64,000 nucleotides of DNA from the IMG/VR virus record IMGVR_UViG_3300026544_000001, positions 1-64,000 of that record, one strand, 5' to 3'. The translations under genes were made by a program, and so were the position numbers. The notes below the pieces were generated by a model that saw only the letters and a list, made by a program, of their open reading frames with translations, was not told where the DNA came from and made no database searches. Source of the stretch: a virus. Shown here piece after piece: positions 30,940-40,973 of the stretch. Within the stretch, counting starts at the first letter, position 1. Each line of letters begins with the position of its first letter.

Positions 30940-31469
30940 TTAGGTATTATCCTATCACCAGCGTAATTACGTAATTTCTCTATATGGAGATTTACTCCTT
31001 CTGGTCTAGGGTTTGTTTTAGTACTACTACCTTTATCATATTCAAGATATAGTTTACTATCCATATGGTTAGCTATTCGTCTATCCATATCAGGTATATT
31101 TTGTTTAGTAGCTAGATCTTTATTATGTGCAACTATAACTACTGTATTACCTAACTTAGCTATTTCCTTTAAAAAGTCAATAGTACCTCCTGCATCTATG
31201 AATAGTTGCCATGTATCTACTATGAATACACCATTGTCTGGTATGTCAATACCTTCAGTATCTTCTTTATGTAACTTAAGTATTTCTACTCCGTCTAAAT
31301 GTACAAATTCAAGTCCTGTTGTTTCTGGACTTAGGTTGTTATCAAAATCTATAAGATAAGGTGTTATGTTATCTTCGTTTAGTGCTTTAATAGTTGAAAA
31401 TGTTTTACCTAATCCACTAGCACCATATATTAAATTTAATCCGTTCTTTACGAATACGTTTCCTACCAT
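30924..31469 (-). CDS. Small RecA-like P-loop NTPase
   Basis: YGASGLGKT, IDFD, IVDT, VAH. Confidence 0.75.
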   Translation of the reverse strand: MVGNVFVKNGLNLIYGASGLGKTFSTIKALNEDNITPYLIDFDNNLSPETTGLEFVHLDGVEILKLHKEDTEGIDIPDNGVFIVDTWQLFIDAGGTIDFLKEIAKLGNTVVIVAHNKDLATKQNIPDMDRRIANHMDSKLYLEYDKGSSTKTNPRPEGVNLHIEKLRNYAGDRIIPNWMRR

Positions 31470-31547
31470 AATATATTCCTTATAGTTAGTTATTTTTGTT
31501 CTTAACATTATTATTTTCCTGTGTGTAATTTACAGACTTGAAGAGTA

Positions 31548-31631
31548 GGTTACTAGGCTGCTCTGATATCTGCATTATTATAATTACTTATGTGGAGGCA
31601 CGAGGGCCTCAGAAAGAACAGGCTAGTAACC
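31548..31631 (-). ncRNA. Structured 5' leader of the replication operon (candidate)
   Basis: GGTTACTAG/CTAGTAACC and CTGTTCT/AGAGCAG stems with inner GAGGC/GCCTC hairpin; just downstream of a consensus promoter. Confidence 0.45.
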
Positions 31632-31686
31632 ATAATAATATAGATGTTTGTAAATTTTACTAATAAATTTAATAAATTTATGTAAA

Positions 31687-31715
31687 ATTATACCCAAAAA
31701 AATAACATTTGTCAA
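31687..31715 (-). promoter_or_regulatory. Consensus sigma70 promoter
   Basis: TTGACA-N17-TATAAT on the minus strand. Confidence 0.8.
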
Positions 31716-31742
31716 GTAAAAATATATTAACACAACTGAATA

Positions 31743-31865
31743 GCTATAAGTTGAAGAGGTGCGCCTATGAGAGACCATGAGTCTTTGACTATGTGACAGG
31801 CGATGAGCCTGACGCGTAGGCAATAGGGAATGTCTCGATTAGGTGTGCGTCTGATGACTTATAGC
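31743..31865 (+). ncRNA. Candidate structured ncRNA (rod with multiloop)
   Basis: GCTATAAGT/ACTTATAGC, GTGCGCCTA/TAGGTGTGC (G-U pairs favour the + strand), GAGAC/GTCTC and inner hairpins; GC-rich against the background. Confidence 0.5.
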
Positions 31866-31901
31866 GGTATGCTCGTATGCGTATACTTATATAGATATAT
31901 A

Positions 31902-32029
31902 AACCAACTCCCATAAATTTGCACACTACGTCTTCGACTTGATTGTAGACTTATCTTCGAGCCTCGTCGGCTGAATAAGTAGTCTAAAATCGGCGTCTCA
32001 TCCTTGGTACAAATTTATTCCCGTTGGTT
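31902..32029 (-). ncRNA. Candidate long bubble-containing hairpin RNA
   Basis: AACCAAC/GTTGGTT, ATAAATTTGTAC/GTGCAAATTTAT, a purine-rich bubble, TAGACT/AGTCTA, AGCC/GGCT. Confidence 0.45.
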
Positions 32030-32627
32030 ATTTGTAGATAGTAAAATCATATATTAACGGTTGTATTGTATAGTAGTCTGTATTATTAGGATCATATGGT
32101 TCAACAATACATCTACCATTACGGTAGTTACATACTACTAGTTCATCATTAGTAGGTTCCCAAATTGTTAATGAGCTAGGTCTACTTACACCCATTCCAG
32201 CAGGCCATTGAACTTGGATTGTTTGATTAGTTTTAGATGGTACAAAAGCAAGAATATGTCCTATAGTACCATCATTATGGATAACCCAATCACCTACTTT
32301 AAATTCAGGTTCATCTGGTTTTATACGATAGTCTTCTGCAGTAAGTTTGTTATACTTAAAAGCTTGTTGAAAACTATACTTTACTGGTAAATCAACCCAT
32401 TTCATTTCTATATTTAAATATTGTACTGTTTTACTGTCTTCTATTGCTTTTCTATACTCGCTGTAACTATCGTTGATAACATATTCACATTCAATGTTCC
32501 AAGTTGGTTGAGCACTTAAATTCCATTCGTTTAAACTACCTTTACACCATATCTCAGCTCCTTCTGGTTGATCCATAAACCATATAATAGTTTCTCTATG
32601 TTTAGCCCATTCTGTTTTATCATAATG
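32028..32627 (-). CDS. Modular YRIKP-family hypothetical protein; start codon apparently damaged
   Basis: Paralogue of 46330-47058; homology continues 17 codons upstream of the called ATG. Confidence 0.6.
   Translation of the reverse strand, partial: HYDKTEWAKHRETIIWFMDQPEGAEIWCKGSLNEWNLSAQPTWNIECEYVINDSYSEYRKAIEDSKTVQYLNIEMKWVDLPVKYSFQQAFKYNKLTAEDYRIKPDEPEFKVGDWVIHNDGTIGHILAFVPSKTNQTIQVQWPAGMGVSRPSSLTIWEPTNDELVVCNYRNGRCIVEPYDPNNTDYYTIQPLIYDFTIYK
32468..32569. repeat. 102-bp near-identical repeat, copy 1 (copy 2 at 46902-47003)
   Basis: 101 of 102 bases identical by manual alignment. Confidence 0.9.
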
Positions 32628-32855
32628 TTACTTCTCCTGTGTTAATATATCAAGTTCTTCTATAGAAGATATAATATCAAATTCTAGTATTTTATTACTT
32701 GTAAAATCTTTTCTATGAAGATATTCTTCAGCTAATTCTTTAGTTGAAAATACTTTATCTAATACTAGTTCTCCGTTAGGTCCACTTATAAAATTATAAG
32801 ATGGATATACGTGTTGGTTTCCGCTATTATAATGTGTTGGTATGTATATTTTCAT
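32628..32855 (-). CDS. Hypothetical protein
   Basis: 75-aa ORF, translationally coupled. Confidence 0.55.
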   Translation of the reverse strand: MKIYIPTHYNSGNQHVYPSYNFISGPNGELVLDKVFSTKELAEEYLHRKDFTSNKILEFDIISSIEELDILTQEK

Positions 32856-33337
32856 AATGTTACTTCTCCTGAATTAAGTAGATTACATATTTTTTGTGCT
32901 GTTATGTGGTTCATTTGTATTCCGCCTATATGTTGTGTTACAGCATTAGACAATTTGTAAGTATTATCTGCATCTAAGTATATATAACAGGTATCCTTAT
33001 ATGTTACTTCATTTTGAAATTGATACACTAGTTGCTCTAATACATTAGATTGTACCATACGTGCGTGTGAGTCTTCTGCTTGTTTTCTAGTAGAACGGAT
33101 AATACCTAAATCTACAATATCTGCTATTATATTACATTCTGCTGTTCCATAATTGTCTGCACGGTATGTAGTAGGTGGAAAACTCCATTCAAATGATGGT
33201 TTGATACGATATAGACAATCTTTCCAGTTCCATGATGGCTTAGGTGCTGAACGCCATATATTATACCTATCTATAAATTCTATTTCTCTACCATCTGCAT
33301 ATGCCTGCATAATTTCTATTTGTTCTAATATAGTCAT
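32852..33337 (-). CDS. YRIKP-family hypothetical protein
   Basis: IEIMQAYADG.EIE...PSWNW..CLYRIKP. Confidence 0.6.
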   Translation of the reverse strand: MTILEQIEIMQAYADGREIEFIDRYNIWRSAPKPSWNWKDCLYRIKPSFEWSFPPTTYRADNYGTAECNIIADIVDLGIIRSTRKQAEDSHARMVQSNVLEQLVYQFQNEVTYKDTCYIYLDADNTYKLSNAVTQHIGGIQMNHITAQKICNLLNSGEVTL

Positions 33338-33346
33338 TTAGTTTCC

Positions 33347-34396
33347 TTAGTATTCATATTTTCCATGTACTTGATCTATAGGATACTTACGTTCTCCGCC
33401 GTTATCATAGAACTTCTGAACGTAATCTTTTATCTCAGATCGTTTTAGCTTTCTATTTAGTCTACGTCTAGATTCAATAAACCAATTTCTTTCTTTAGGT
33501 TTACTGATAGCTATACCACCATCTATAATATCTGTTGTAATACCTTGTTTCTTATATTTAGTTATAAAAGACTGTCCTAATGCTATTATACATAGATCAA
33601 TAAACCCATCGTCATCTAATAGTCCTTCAGGTATTCTGTTTATATTGAATTCTTCAACATAACCTCTGTTCTCTGCCATTAGTAATACTTTTATTACATT
33701 CTTTATTTCTTGAAAATTATACCCTGCTAGTAACCTATTACGTTCATTTGCATTCTTATTTAATTCATCATAAATTCTCTTGTCTTTCTTATACTGCTCA
33801 ATGAGAGACTGCTTATGTTTTTGTAGATCTACTATTTGTTTAGATATATCATCTATTTGCTGTTGTTGTTCATGCAGATTCATTTAGTTTCCTTATTTCT
33901 ATAATAACACCATATGCTGCTAGGAATATCATAGCTGTTGTTAGTAGATAATTTTGGTTTGCTTCATTATTAGCAAATGCTGACATTATTGCAAATGCTG
34001 ACATTATTGCAAATGCAATAGATATTACAAATTCTGCTGTTATCTTATTTTTCCAATTCATTTAGATACTCCTCTAGTGTGTCTGTTAGTCTGTATTTAC
34101 TGATACTGAATTCAATACCATATTCTTCTGCTATGTATGATAGATACTCTGCTATTTCTACTTGATCTAGTGCTACTTGATTATTGAAAGCTATTTCTAG
34201 CAGTTCATTAAAACATTCTGTGGTCATTTGGTTTACTCCTTAATGATAGTTTAGTTGAATACCCCTTGTAAAAATCATTCTTATAGAGAATACAGCCAAA
34301 AGTGTGTTTAGTTATAGATTGATCTACCTTAATAGCTTCTGTTAGAATTTGGCATGTTTCTAGTCGATTACAAGTGTTACATGTTAAGTAGGTCAT
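33347..34396 (-). other. Four hypothetical ORFs (33347-33883, 33870-34061 membrane peptide, 34045-34227, 34208-34396 Cys-rich)
   Basis: Overlapping, co-oriented ORFs. Confidence 0.55.
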
Positions 34397-34683
34397 ACTT
34401 CGTCTGTATTAGGTTCAAGAAATCGTTTGACATCTTCTACTGATGTTGCTACGAATGCTGTACCACCTGATTGTATAATAGCATCTATGTTGTATTGTTG
34501 TATAGGAGTAGTAGTATGTACTGTATTAGGTTTCTTTACTTCTATACCATAGAATACTCCATTATGACATGCTATAATGTCTGGTACACCTGATCTATTA
34601 GTAGATATAGTTACAAATGTATATGCACCTATAGATGTAAGATACTTTGAGATCTGTTTCTGTATTTGTTGTTCTGTAACCAT
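34393..34683 (-). CDS. VRR-NUC domain nuclease (Holliday junction resolvase-like)
   Basis: EQQIQ...GVPDII...GIEVK...TPIQ signature. Confidence 0.88.
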   Translation of the reverse strand: MVTEQQIQKQISKYLTSIGAYTFVTISTNRSGVPDIIACHNGVFYGIEVKKPNTVHTTTPIQQYNIDAIIQSGGTAFVATSVEDVKRFLEPNTDEV

Positions 34684-34685
34684 TT

Positions 34686-35108
34686 TTAATCCTTTACGTC
34701 TGGTAGTACTTCTGGTTTATTAGGTAATTTACCGTATTTGTAATAATGTTCTATTACATCCGTACCCATTAGTACTCTATAGTACTTAGTACCATCTTTA
34801 CCTGTATCACTTAAAACTAGTAGATACTTTTTATCTTTTAGTTCTTTACGTATACGTTTAACTTTAGCTACTGACCAATGTAGCTTTTTAGCTATGTACT
34901 CATTGTCATTAGGTTTAAAGTAATTAAATGTAGCTTTTCTATAATAAAAATGGTATAGTTTATATGCACTGTCTGTTAGTTCTGTATTTAGTTCATCTAG
35001 GTATTTATCTGTAAACATGTATACTCCTCGTTCGTATTTAGTATTTTCTGACAAAGGCTTATATACCTTTGTAGAAATATTAAGATAATTTTCGCTATAC
35101 TTATCCAT
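34686..35108 (-). CDS. Winged-HTH protein (cassette A); paralogue of 55067-55528
   Basis: LTDSAYKLY...IAKKLHWSVAKVKRIRKELKDKKYL, resembling replication-initiator N-terminal HTH domains. Confidence 0.7.
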   Translation of the reverse strand: MDKYSENYLNISTKVYKPLSENTKYERGVYMFTDKYLDELNTELTDSAYKLYHFYYRKATFNYFKPNDNEYIAKKLHWSVAKVKRIRKELKDKKYLLVLSDTGKDGTKYYRVLMGTDVIEHYYKYGKLPNKPEVLPDVKD

Positions 35109-35140
35109 AAGCAATCCTTGTAATTTATTGTGGTGATAAA

Positions 35141-35391
35141 ATTATAGCTCATATTTGCTTAAACTAACTTAATAAAAGCTCAGATTTGAGCTTTATCTTA
35201 CTAGAATAGATCAAATATATACCTGATATTAAATAGAATCCCAATGTTTAAAGCATTTATACTTAATTTAGTATAGTACTACTTACATATATAATATATT
35301 AGTGAACTGGTATAACTTTGTGATCAAAAATCTGTCAAAGGAATAACAATAATATGTGTGTGTTTAGTTATACCAGCTCGCTAATATATTA
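35141..35391 (-). promoter_or_regulatory. Cassette A control region: promoter, 31-bp-spaced sites, 26-bp inverted repeat
   Basis: TTAAG-N11-TATAAT (35141-35162); AGCTCA-like sites at 35146, 35177, 35208; palindrome 35175-35194; IR 35292-35317/35366-35391 (24 of 26). Confidence 0.65.
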
Positions 35392-35700
35392 CTGTATTAG
35401 ATCTTTATAGTAGATACATTTACTATGTTTAGAGGATGCTATATGACATGTAAGTAGTTTAGAAGGTTCAGGATCATCTAGATGAGTGAAAATAAATAGA
35501 GGAGTACCTTTAGATATTTTAAGGAACCTGTTATCTTTTGACCATCTATATAAGTCCTCTAGTATATTAGTTATAGAACCCTTTAGGCATGGATCCCAGT
35601 AAAAACCAAGATTACGTAATTTAGCTATAAGACTATTAGCTTCATCTATAGATTCACATAAGATAGCATCATGTGATTTAAGTAGAAATGGGTTTAGCAT
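35389..35700 (-). CDS. Hypothetical protein
   Basis: 103-aa ORF. Confidence 0.55.
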   Translation of the reverse strand: MLNPFLLKSHDAILCESIDEANSLIAKLRNLGFYWDPCLKGSITNILEDLYRWSKDNRFLKISKGTPLFIFTHLDDPEPSKLLTCHIASSKHSKCIYYKDLIQ

Positions 35701-35703
35701 AGT

Positions 35704-36792
35704 TTACTCCAAGGGTTCTCCAGTATTGTCACATTTACGTAAAGATATAAAAATTGGCTTTGTAGGAATTCCTCCATCTGAAAGCATTTCATACTCTATT
35801 GTACCATAGTTGTTACGGTATAGTTTGTCGAAGTCTTTTACTATCTGTTTACGTTCTACGTCAGTACCTTTAGGTTTAGTTTTGAATTGTTTATCGTTAT
35901 ATTCTACTATAAATACTGGATGATCATTCTTATCTAAGTTATAATCTAGTATCTTTACTTCTGTAGATTGTACTGGTTTAAGTTTCCACATTTGATTAGA
36001 TCTAACACCGTGCCTATATTCTGCTTCTGGGTGTTTAATAACTATACCTTCATAATCATCACGTATAGTACTATAGTAAAATTCTGCTAATTCTGTTTCA
36101 TTGTTTACTATTTTAGTATATGCTGGAAGTATATGTGTATATGCAAATATAACATTATCTGTTAAATATTTCCATCTATTTTGGAAATTCATAATAGGCA
36201 AGTCCCCTATATCAAATAACATAAATCTAATAATGTTAGAAAATTCCTTTGGTTTTTTAACATAAGATACTATTTCTTGTAAAGAAAGACTATCAGCCCA
36301 TAGCTCACCTACTAATTCATTACATTGTAGTTTATCCATTAAATCTAACACTTCTTGTTTATTCTCAGGAAGTATAGGATATTCTTCACCTGTCCTAGAT
36401 AGTAGTTGTAGAGTGTTGTTTGTTCTCTTATATGTAGCATTAAGTCCATTGTATTTAATCTGTACGTATAGAGGATAATCTGGCATTTTCTTAGGAGGCC
36501 ATTTGCTTATCTTCATAGCTTGATGTCTAGTAGAAGTTGTATCCTGTGATGTAGTATATCCTAGTTTGATCTTCTTAGCATGTAGTGCCTTAGCTTCTAG
36601 TAAGGCTTGTTCTTCATCTGTAGTAGCATTAGATCTACCTATATTCTTTGGTAAGGCTGTTGTAGTTTTAGATTGCTCTTTACCGTCTACATACCCCCAA
36701 GTTACTGTATATGTATTTGAAGTAACTTGTATATCAAATAATTGTAGTTTACCTGCTTTAGATCGTTTGTATAGTGTAGGTAGATTTAACAT
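35704..36792 (-). CDS. ATP-dependent DNA ligase
   Basis: QIKYNG (motif I variant), LLSRTG, GEL, FD, EGIVIK, WKLKP, PTKPIF. Confidence 0.88.
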   Translation of the reverse strand: MLNLPTLYKRSKAGKLQLFDIQVTSNTYTVTWGYVDGKEQSKTTTALPKNIGRSNATTDEEQALLEAKALHAKKIKLGYTTSQDTTSTRHQAMKISKWPPKKMPDYPLYVQIKYNGLNATYKRTNNTLQLLSRTGEEYPILPENKQEVLDLMDKLQCNELVGELWADSLSLQEIVSYVKKPKEFSNIIRFMLFDIGDLPIMNFQNRWKYLTDNVIFAYTHILPAYTKIVNNETELAEFYYSTIRDDYEGIVIKHPEAEYRHGVRSNQMWKLKPVQSTEVKILDYNLDKNDHPVFIVEYNDKQFKTKPKGTDVERKQIVKDFDKLYRNNYGTIEYEMLSDGGIPTKPIFISLRKCDNTGEPLE

Positions 36793-38845
36793 TTAAGTTC
36801 CTCTAGTAGTTTAGCATTGAATTTGATTGCTTTATGTATATCATGTATCCGTATATCATCTCTGATTGGATGAGATACTTCATACAACTCCTCTATAAGA
36901 ATAGATGCTTTACCTATTTTATATTGTAAAGCTATAGAATAAGGTAAATCACTAAACTCAGTAGGAGATACTCCATATAGGTATTGTGTAGTTTTCATAT
37001 AGGTCCTTTAGAATGTATGATTAGCTAAGTACATAATAGTTACTACAGCTGCGAAGTATGCTAGTAGATCAGCTTCGTTGAATTGTATCATTATATAGTT
37101 CCTTAGTTGCTTGTAATATGTATGTTTGTTCTTGTATAAGTTCTTCAGTTACAGGGTCATTTTCTGATTCCCGGTCATTTGGTTTGTTTCTGTAGTAGTT
37201 GTATAGCTGAGTAAGAACTGTATATTTACCTGTATTAGGTAAAGATAAATCTAGTGACTTAATAGCTATAGGCAGTCTAACTCTATCATCAAGTGTTACA
37301 TGATATTTATGTGCTATAGATAATACATATATATTTAGATTTGGAAATGGTTTATCTTGAGCTATTTCAGCAAATAGTTTAACAGTTTCTAAGTTTGTAT
37401 AACTTATATAGATATTATAGAATTCAAATAGGTTAACTATTGTACTATAATCTACTATATGTTTTTTAAGGTAATCTACTATTCTATTTGAAATACTATT
37501 AAGATCTTTTTCATAGAATAGAGGATAATTATCTGTTTTAGTTTGTATTAATTTAAAAGCTTTAGTAGCTACTCTGAAATGATAGATTGTTCCTTGTTTA
37601 AGTTCTTTAGATATACGTTGTCTACTAATATAATCTAGTGAAGATCTAATAGTAGCATGTAAATACTTTAGTGTAAGTTTAGGTTTATTTAGTTCATTCA
37701 TTATTAATGTATGTTCTAGTTCATTCATTAGTTAGCTCCTAGTTGTAATTTAGCTTCAAATATATGCTTATGTAGTTCTTCCATTCTATCTGGTATATTG
37801 AATTGAATGTAATTTGGATGTAAAGCTAGAATAGATACAAAATCATGTGCTTCTGTTATAAGTTGTTCTAGTTCTCTTCTACGATTTTGTTTATGCTTAT
37901 ATGCTCGTTTATACTTTCCTTGTGCAGTTATTATGTTAGTTACAAAATAATCATAAGCAATTCTAGGTCTAGTGAATAAGGGAAAGACTCTATATTTATC
38001 AGGAATAAGATCTATAAGTTTTCTTATTTGTCTTGATGTTGTATTAGAATACTTATGTGAAGTAATAAACATAAAGTTATTATCTCTATCTATTTGTGCT
38101 ATACGTGTTGAGTATGAATATAGAGAGTCATTTTTATATTTCATTCTATTACAATATGTTCTACCTTCTGTGTTAGCCTTAACTAACCATGATTCGATAA
38201 GAGATATATAGTCAGAAGATTTGAATTTATACATTGTTGTTCCTTAAGTTAATTTCTTTTCTGAATAAATTGAATTTGAATCTATCTTCATCCACTATAA
38301 GGGCTTCGAATACTTGATAGGTATGGTTGTCTACTAACACATGAATAGTTGACATCAGTTCTATTAACTGTAGTTCTTTACCTGATATCGCTTTTGCAGT
38401 ATTTTTAGGTACTATTATATCTTCTACTATTATATAAGTAAACTTATTATCTAACTGTGATTTACTATATTCAGATATTTGTTTAAAACGTACTGTCATT
38501 AATTTACTTTAATTTGATATTATATATAGCTGAATTAGCAAATACATATAATTTATGTTGTTCATTAGTTTTTAGTATGAAATTAAATTCAAGATCACTT
38601 AATTCGTTGCCTAGTAGTTTTTCAAATAATAGTTTTGCATCACAGGTTGTAAAATAGTTATAAGGTCTGGTCTTAGTTTGTTCCGTATAAATATCATGAT
38701 ATTTATCAAAATATACATTTGCTCGTGTATGAATTCGCCCATCCAATAATGTGATAGATAGTAATCTACTTTCATGATTTATACTAATATGAGCAGCATC
38801 GAATCTAGGTTCAAATTGATTTTTAAATATTTCTGAAAATAGCAT
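36786..38845 (-). other. Five hypothetical ORFs (36786-36998, 37069-37728, 37728-38234, 38227-38499, 38504-38845)
   Basis: Co-oriented ORFs with RBSs or overlaps. Confidence 0.55.
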
Positions 38846-38878
38846 TAGTTCTCCTTAATAAGTAAGGAAGAACCTTAC

Positions 38879-40276
38879 TTATGGTAATTTAATATTTAGG
38901 CCATGGCAGATGTTGGTGTCTACTTCTGGGCAGTTCTGTGGAGATAGAAAGAACCAAGTGAATTTCTTCATACTTGGATAAGCTTTCCATGCTTCATTAC
39001 CATCATCATAATTGTCACTCATTTTTATACAAATATATTTAGATTTATCTTTAATACTTAGTTCATCTATATATTTTATAGTAGACATAATAGATGTACC
39101 ACCATTTGCATACCTTTTAGATAGAGCTTCTTTAAACTTAGGTGATTGTGATATATCAAAATCACTTGTAATCTTTGTAGTATAAACTAGATCAACATCA
39201 TAGATACATACTATAAGTTCGTTTATCTTATGGCTTTGCGATTCAAATATACCTAATAGTTTTTGTAGGTCATTGATTTGTATTGAGCCACTTTGATCAA
39301 TAGTTAGGATAATGTTTACTTTGTTATCTGCATATACATCTGCTGGGGCTTTGAATATATGTCTATATGTTCGTTTAAGATTCTTCCAGCTTCTGTCATG
39401 TTTGTTTGTTTTGTTATAGATAGTATTGGTGATAGTACCTTTAAGTTTATCAAACCATGCTGCATCTGTTTTGATTGATTCAAATGACTCTATCATAATA
39501 TCTGCACCATATGTACCTTTAGAGTTAGTTCTAATAACGTTAATGATAGCATTAGCTAGATTCTGTGTTTGTATATCTTGAGCTATGTTACCTGATATTA
39601 GATTCTTTGGTGTGATATATTTAAAGCCATTTATCTCTGATACTATGTATCTATCACTGTTAGTAACAGGAAGACATTTATGAGATTGCTTCTTAAGATG
39701 CTTAACTATTTCTATTTCAGATAGTTCTTTGTAATCTTCGTTAAAAGCTATATGTTCTCTGATAGTAGACCATTCTGATCTAAGGCTACTTTGTGTAAAT
39801 AAACTATCCATGATATTGTTTACTTTATAGTCACAAGCTAGTTTGATAGTAAAGTGAGGGTCAGTACGTTGTTTATACTTCTTAAGTAGCATAGATTGAA
39901 ATGGTGCTGTATAATGCTTACGTAAAATATGTTGTACTTCTTTCATATAGTGATATGCAAAGAATATAGATTGTTTCTTAGCTATCTTAGCTATATACTT
40001 AAGTTGTTTAGCATCTCTGTAAAAGAAAGTAAAGTGTACTTGTTGTTCTATTGGATCTGTATAACAAGAGAATACTTCCATTAGATCTGGTAATTGCAGC
40101 TTCTTAGATTCTGCATCATTTGGGTACTTATGTACTTCTACTGTAATAGGTAGTTTAAGAAACATACCTAATGCTGTGAATGCTACTTTATCTGAACCTA
40201 TGATTTGGTTGTTAAGATATGCTAATTCTTGTATTATATGATTTGCTGTTTGTTCAATAAAAATTGATTCTGTCAT
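38879..40276 (-). CDS. DUF2201-like N-terminal domain plus VWA domain protein
   Basis: MIDAS DQSGS, GGT, MSD; KEVQH at the HExxH position; near a MoxR AAA gene, as N4 gp24/gp25. Confidence 0.8.
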   Translation of the reverse strand: MTESIFIEQTANHIIQELAYLNNQIIGSDKVAFTALGMFLKLPITVEVHKYPNDAESKKLQLPDLMEVFSCYTDPIEQQVHFTFFYRDAKQLKYIAKIAKKQSIFFAYHYMKEVQHILRKHYTAPFQSMLLKKYKQRTDPHFTIKLACDYKVNNIMDSLFTQSSLRSEWSTIREHIAFNEDYKELSEIEIVKHLKKQSHKCLPVTNSDRYIVSEINGFKYITPKNLISGNIAQDIQTQNLANAIINVIRTNSKGTYGADIMIESFESIKTDAAWFDKLKGTITNTIYNKTNKHDRSWKNLKRTYRHIFKAPADVYADNKVNIILTIDQSGSIQINDLQKLLGIFESQSHKINELIVCIYDVDLVYTTKITSDFDISQSPKFKEALSKRYANGGTSIMSTIKYIDELSIKDKSKYICIKMSDNYDDGNEAWKAYPSMKKFTWFFLSPQNCPEVDTNICHGLNIKLP

Positions 40277-40767
40277 GTTGTTTCCTTTGTTTCATTTGAT
40301 TCATTATACCATAATACATCTTCAGGGTCTATATCGGCCTTGTTTAATATGGTTAGGAGATCTTCTGGTATATCGTCTACTGTTTTATAGTCTTCAAATA
40401 TATATGTAAATTCATCTATACCGTAATAGTTAATAGATGCAACTGAAAAGTATTTAGTATAATAGTCACATATACTTTCGTTATTATTTTCTTCGTACTC
40501 ATAGAAGAAGTCATTACCCGGTTCAGATTCAGCTATATGTATGTATACTGGGTTAAACTCATGTAGATCAGATAGAAGATTTGATTTATCTGCTTCCCAT
40601 CTACCTTCTCCTCCTATAGTCATAGTGGTACCTTGTATACCTAAATAGTGTGTTTGTATATTATACTCATAACATTCATCTTTAGTAAAATGGTGTTCTC
40701 TATAATGTTTAAGTTCGAATATATTATCAAACGTAATAGTTATATCTATTTGTGTCCAATTAGCGAT
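40273..40767 (-). CDS. Hypothetical acidic protein with probable ATC start (M-A-N-W)
   Basis: Frame open 48 codons upstream of the called ATG; AAGGA RBS 6 nt before ATC GCT AAT TGG. Confidence 0.6.
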   Translation of the reverse strand: MANWTQIDITITFDNIFELKHYREHHFTKDECYEYNIQTHYLGIQGTTMTIGGEGRWEADKSNLLSDLHEFNPVYIHIAESEPGNDFFYEYEENNNESICDYYTKYFSVASINYYGIDEFTYIFEDYKTVDDIPEDLLTILNKADIDPEDVLWYNESNETKETT

Positions 40768-40778
40768 GAGTTATCCTT

Positions 40779-40973
40779 TCATTTAATAGGTGTTGATTTA
40801 GTTGTACGTCTATTTACTATTGTTATAAAAGTTTTTAAATAGTTTACTCTAAACCACACTTTACAGCTATTACAGTAGGCATTCTTATCTAAAGTATTTC
40901 CACATAACGGGCATAATTTAGATTTAACTGCTTTAGCATCAAACATATTGAAAGATTCTGGTAGATTCTTCAT
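40779..40973 (-). CDS. Small Zn-ribbon protein
   Basis: CPLCG...CNSC. Confidence 0.55.
   Translation of the reverse strand: MKNLPESFNMFDAKAVKSKLCPLCGNTLDKNAYCNSCKVWFRVNYLKTFITIVNRRTTKSTPIK

Noticed and set aside
31740-31870. Box C/D-like TGA and ATGA words suggesting a TIGR or CRISPR-type array
   Set aside because: No regular repeat-spacer period and no recognisable Nop-domain or Cas gene in the window.
33973-34016. 18-bp tandem duplication (AIMSAF twice)
   Set aside because: Simple in-frame slippage within a membrane peptide.
6614-40782. TAA recoding suggested by in-frame TAA joins at 6614, 32628 and 40771
   Set aside because: Most intact conserved genes end in TAA at their expected lengths, and no suppressor tRNA was seen.
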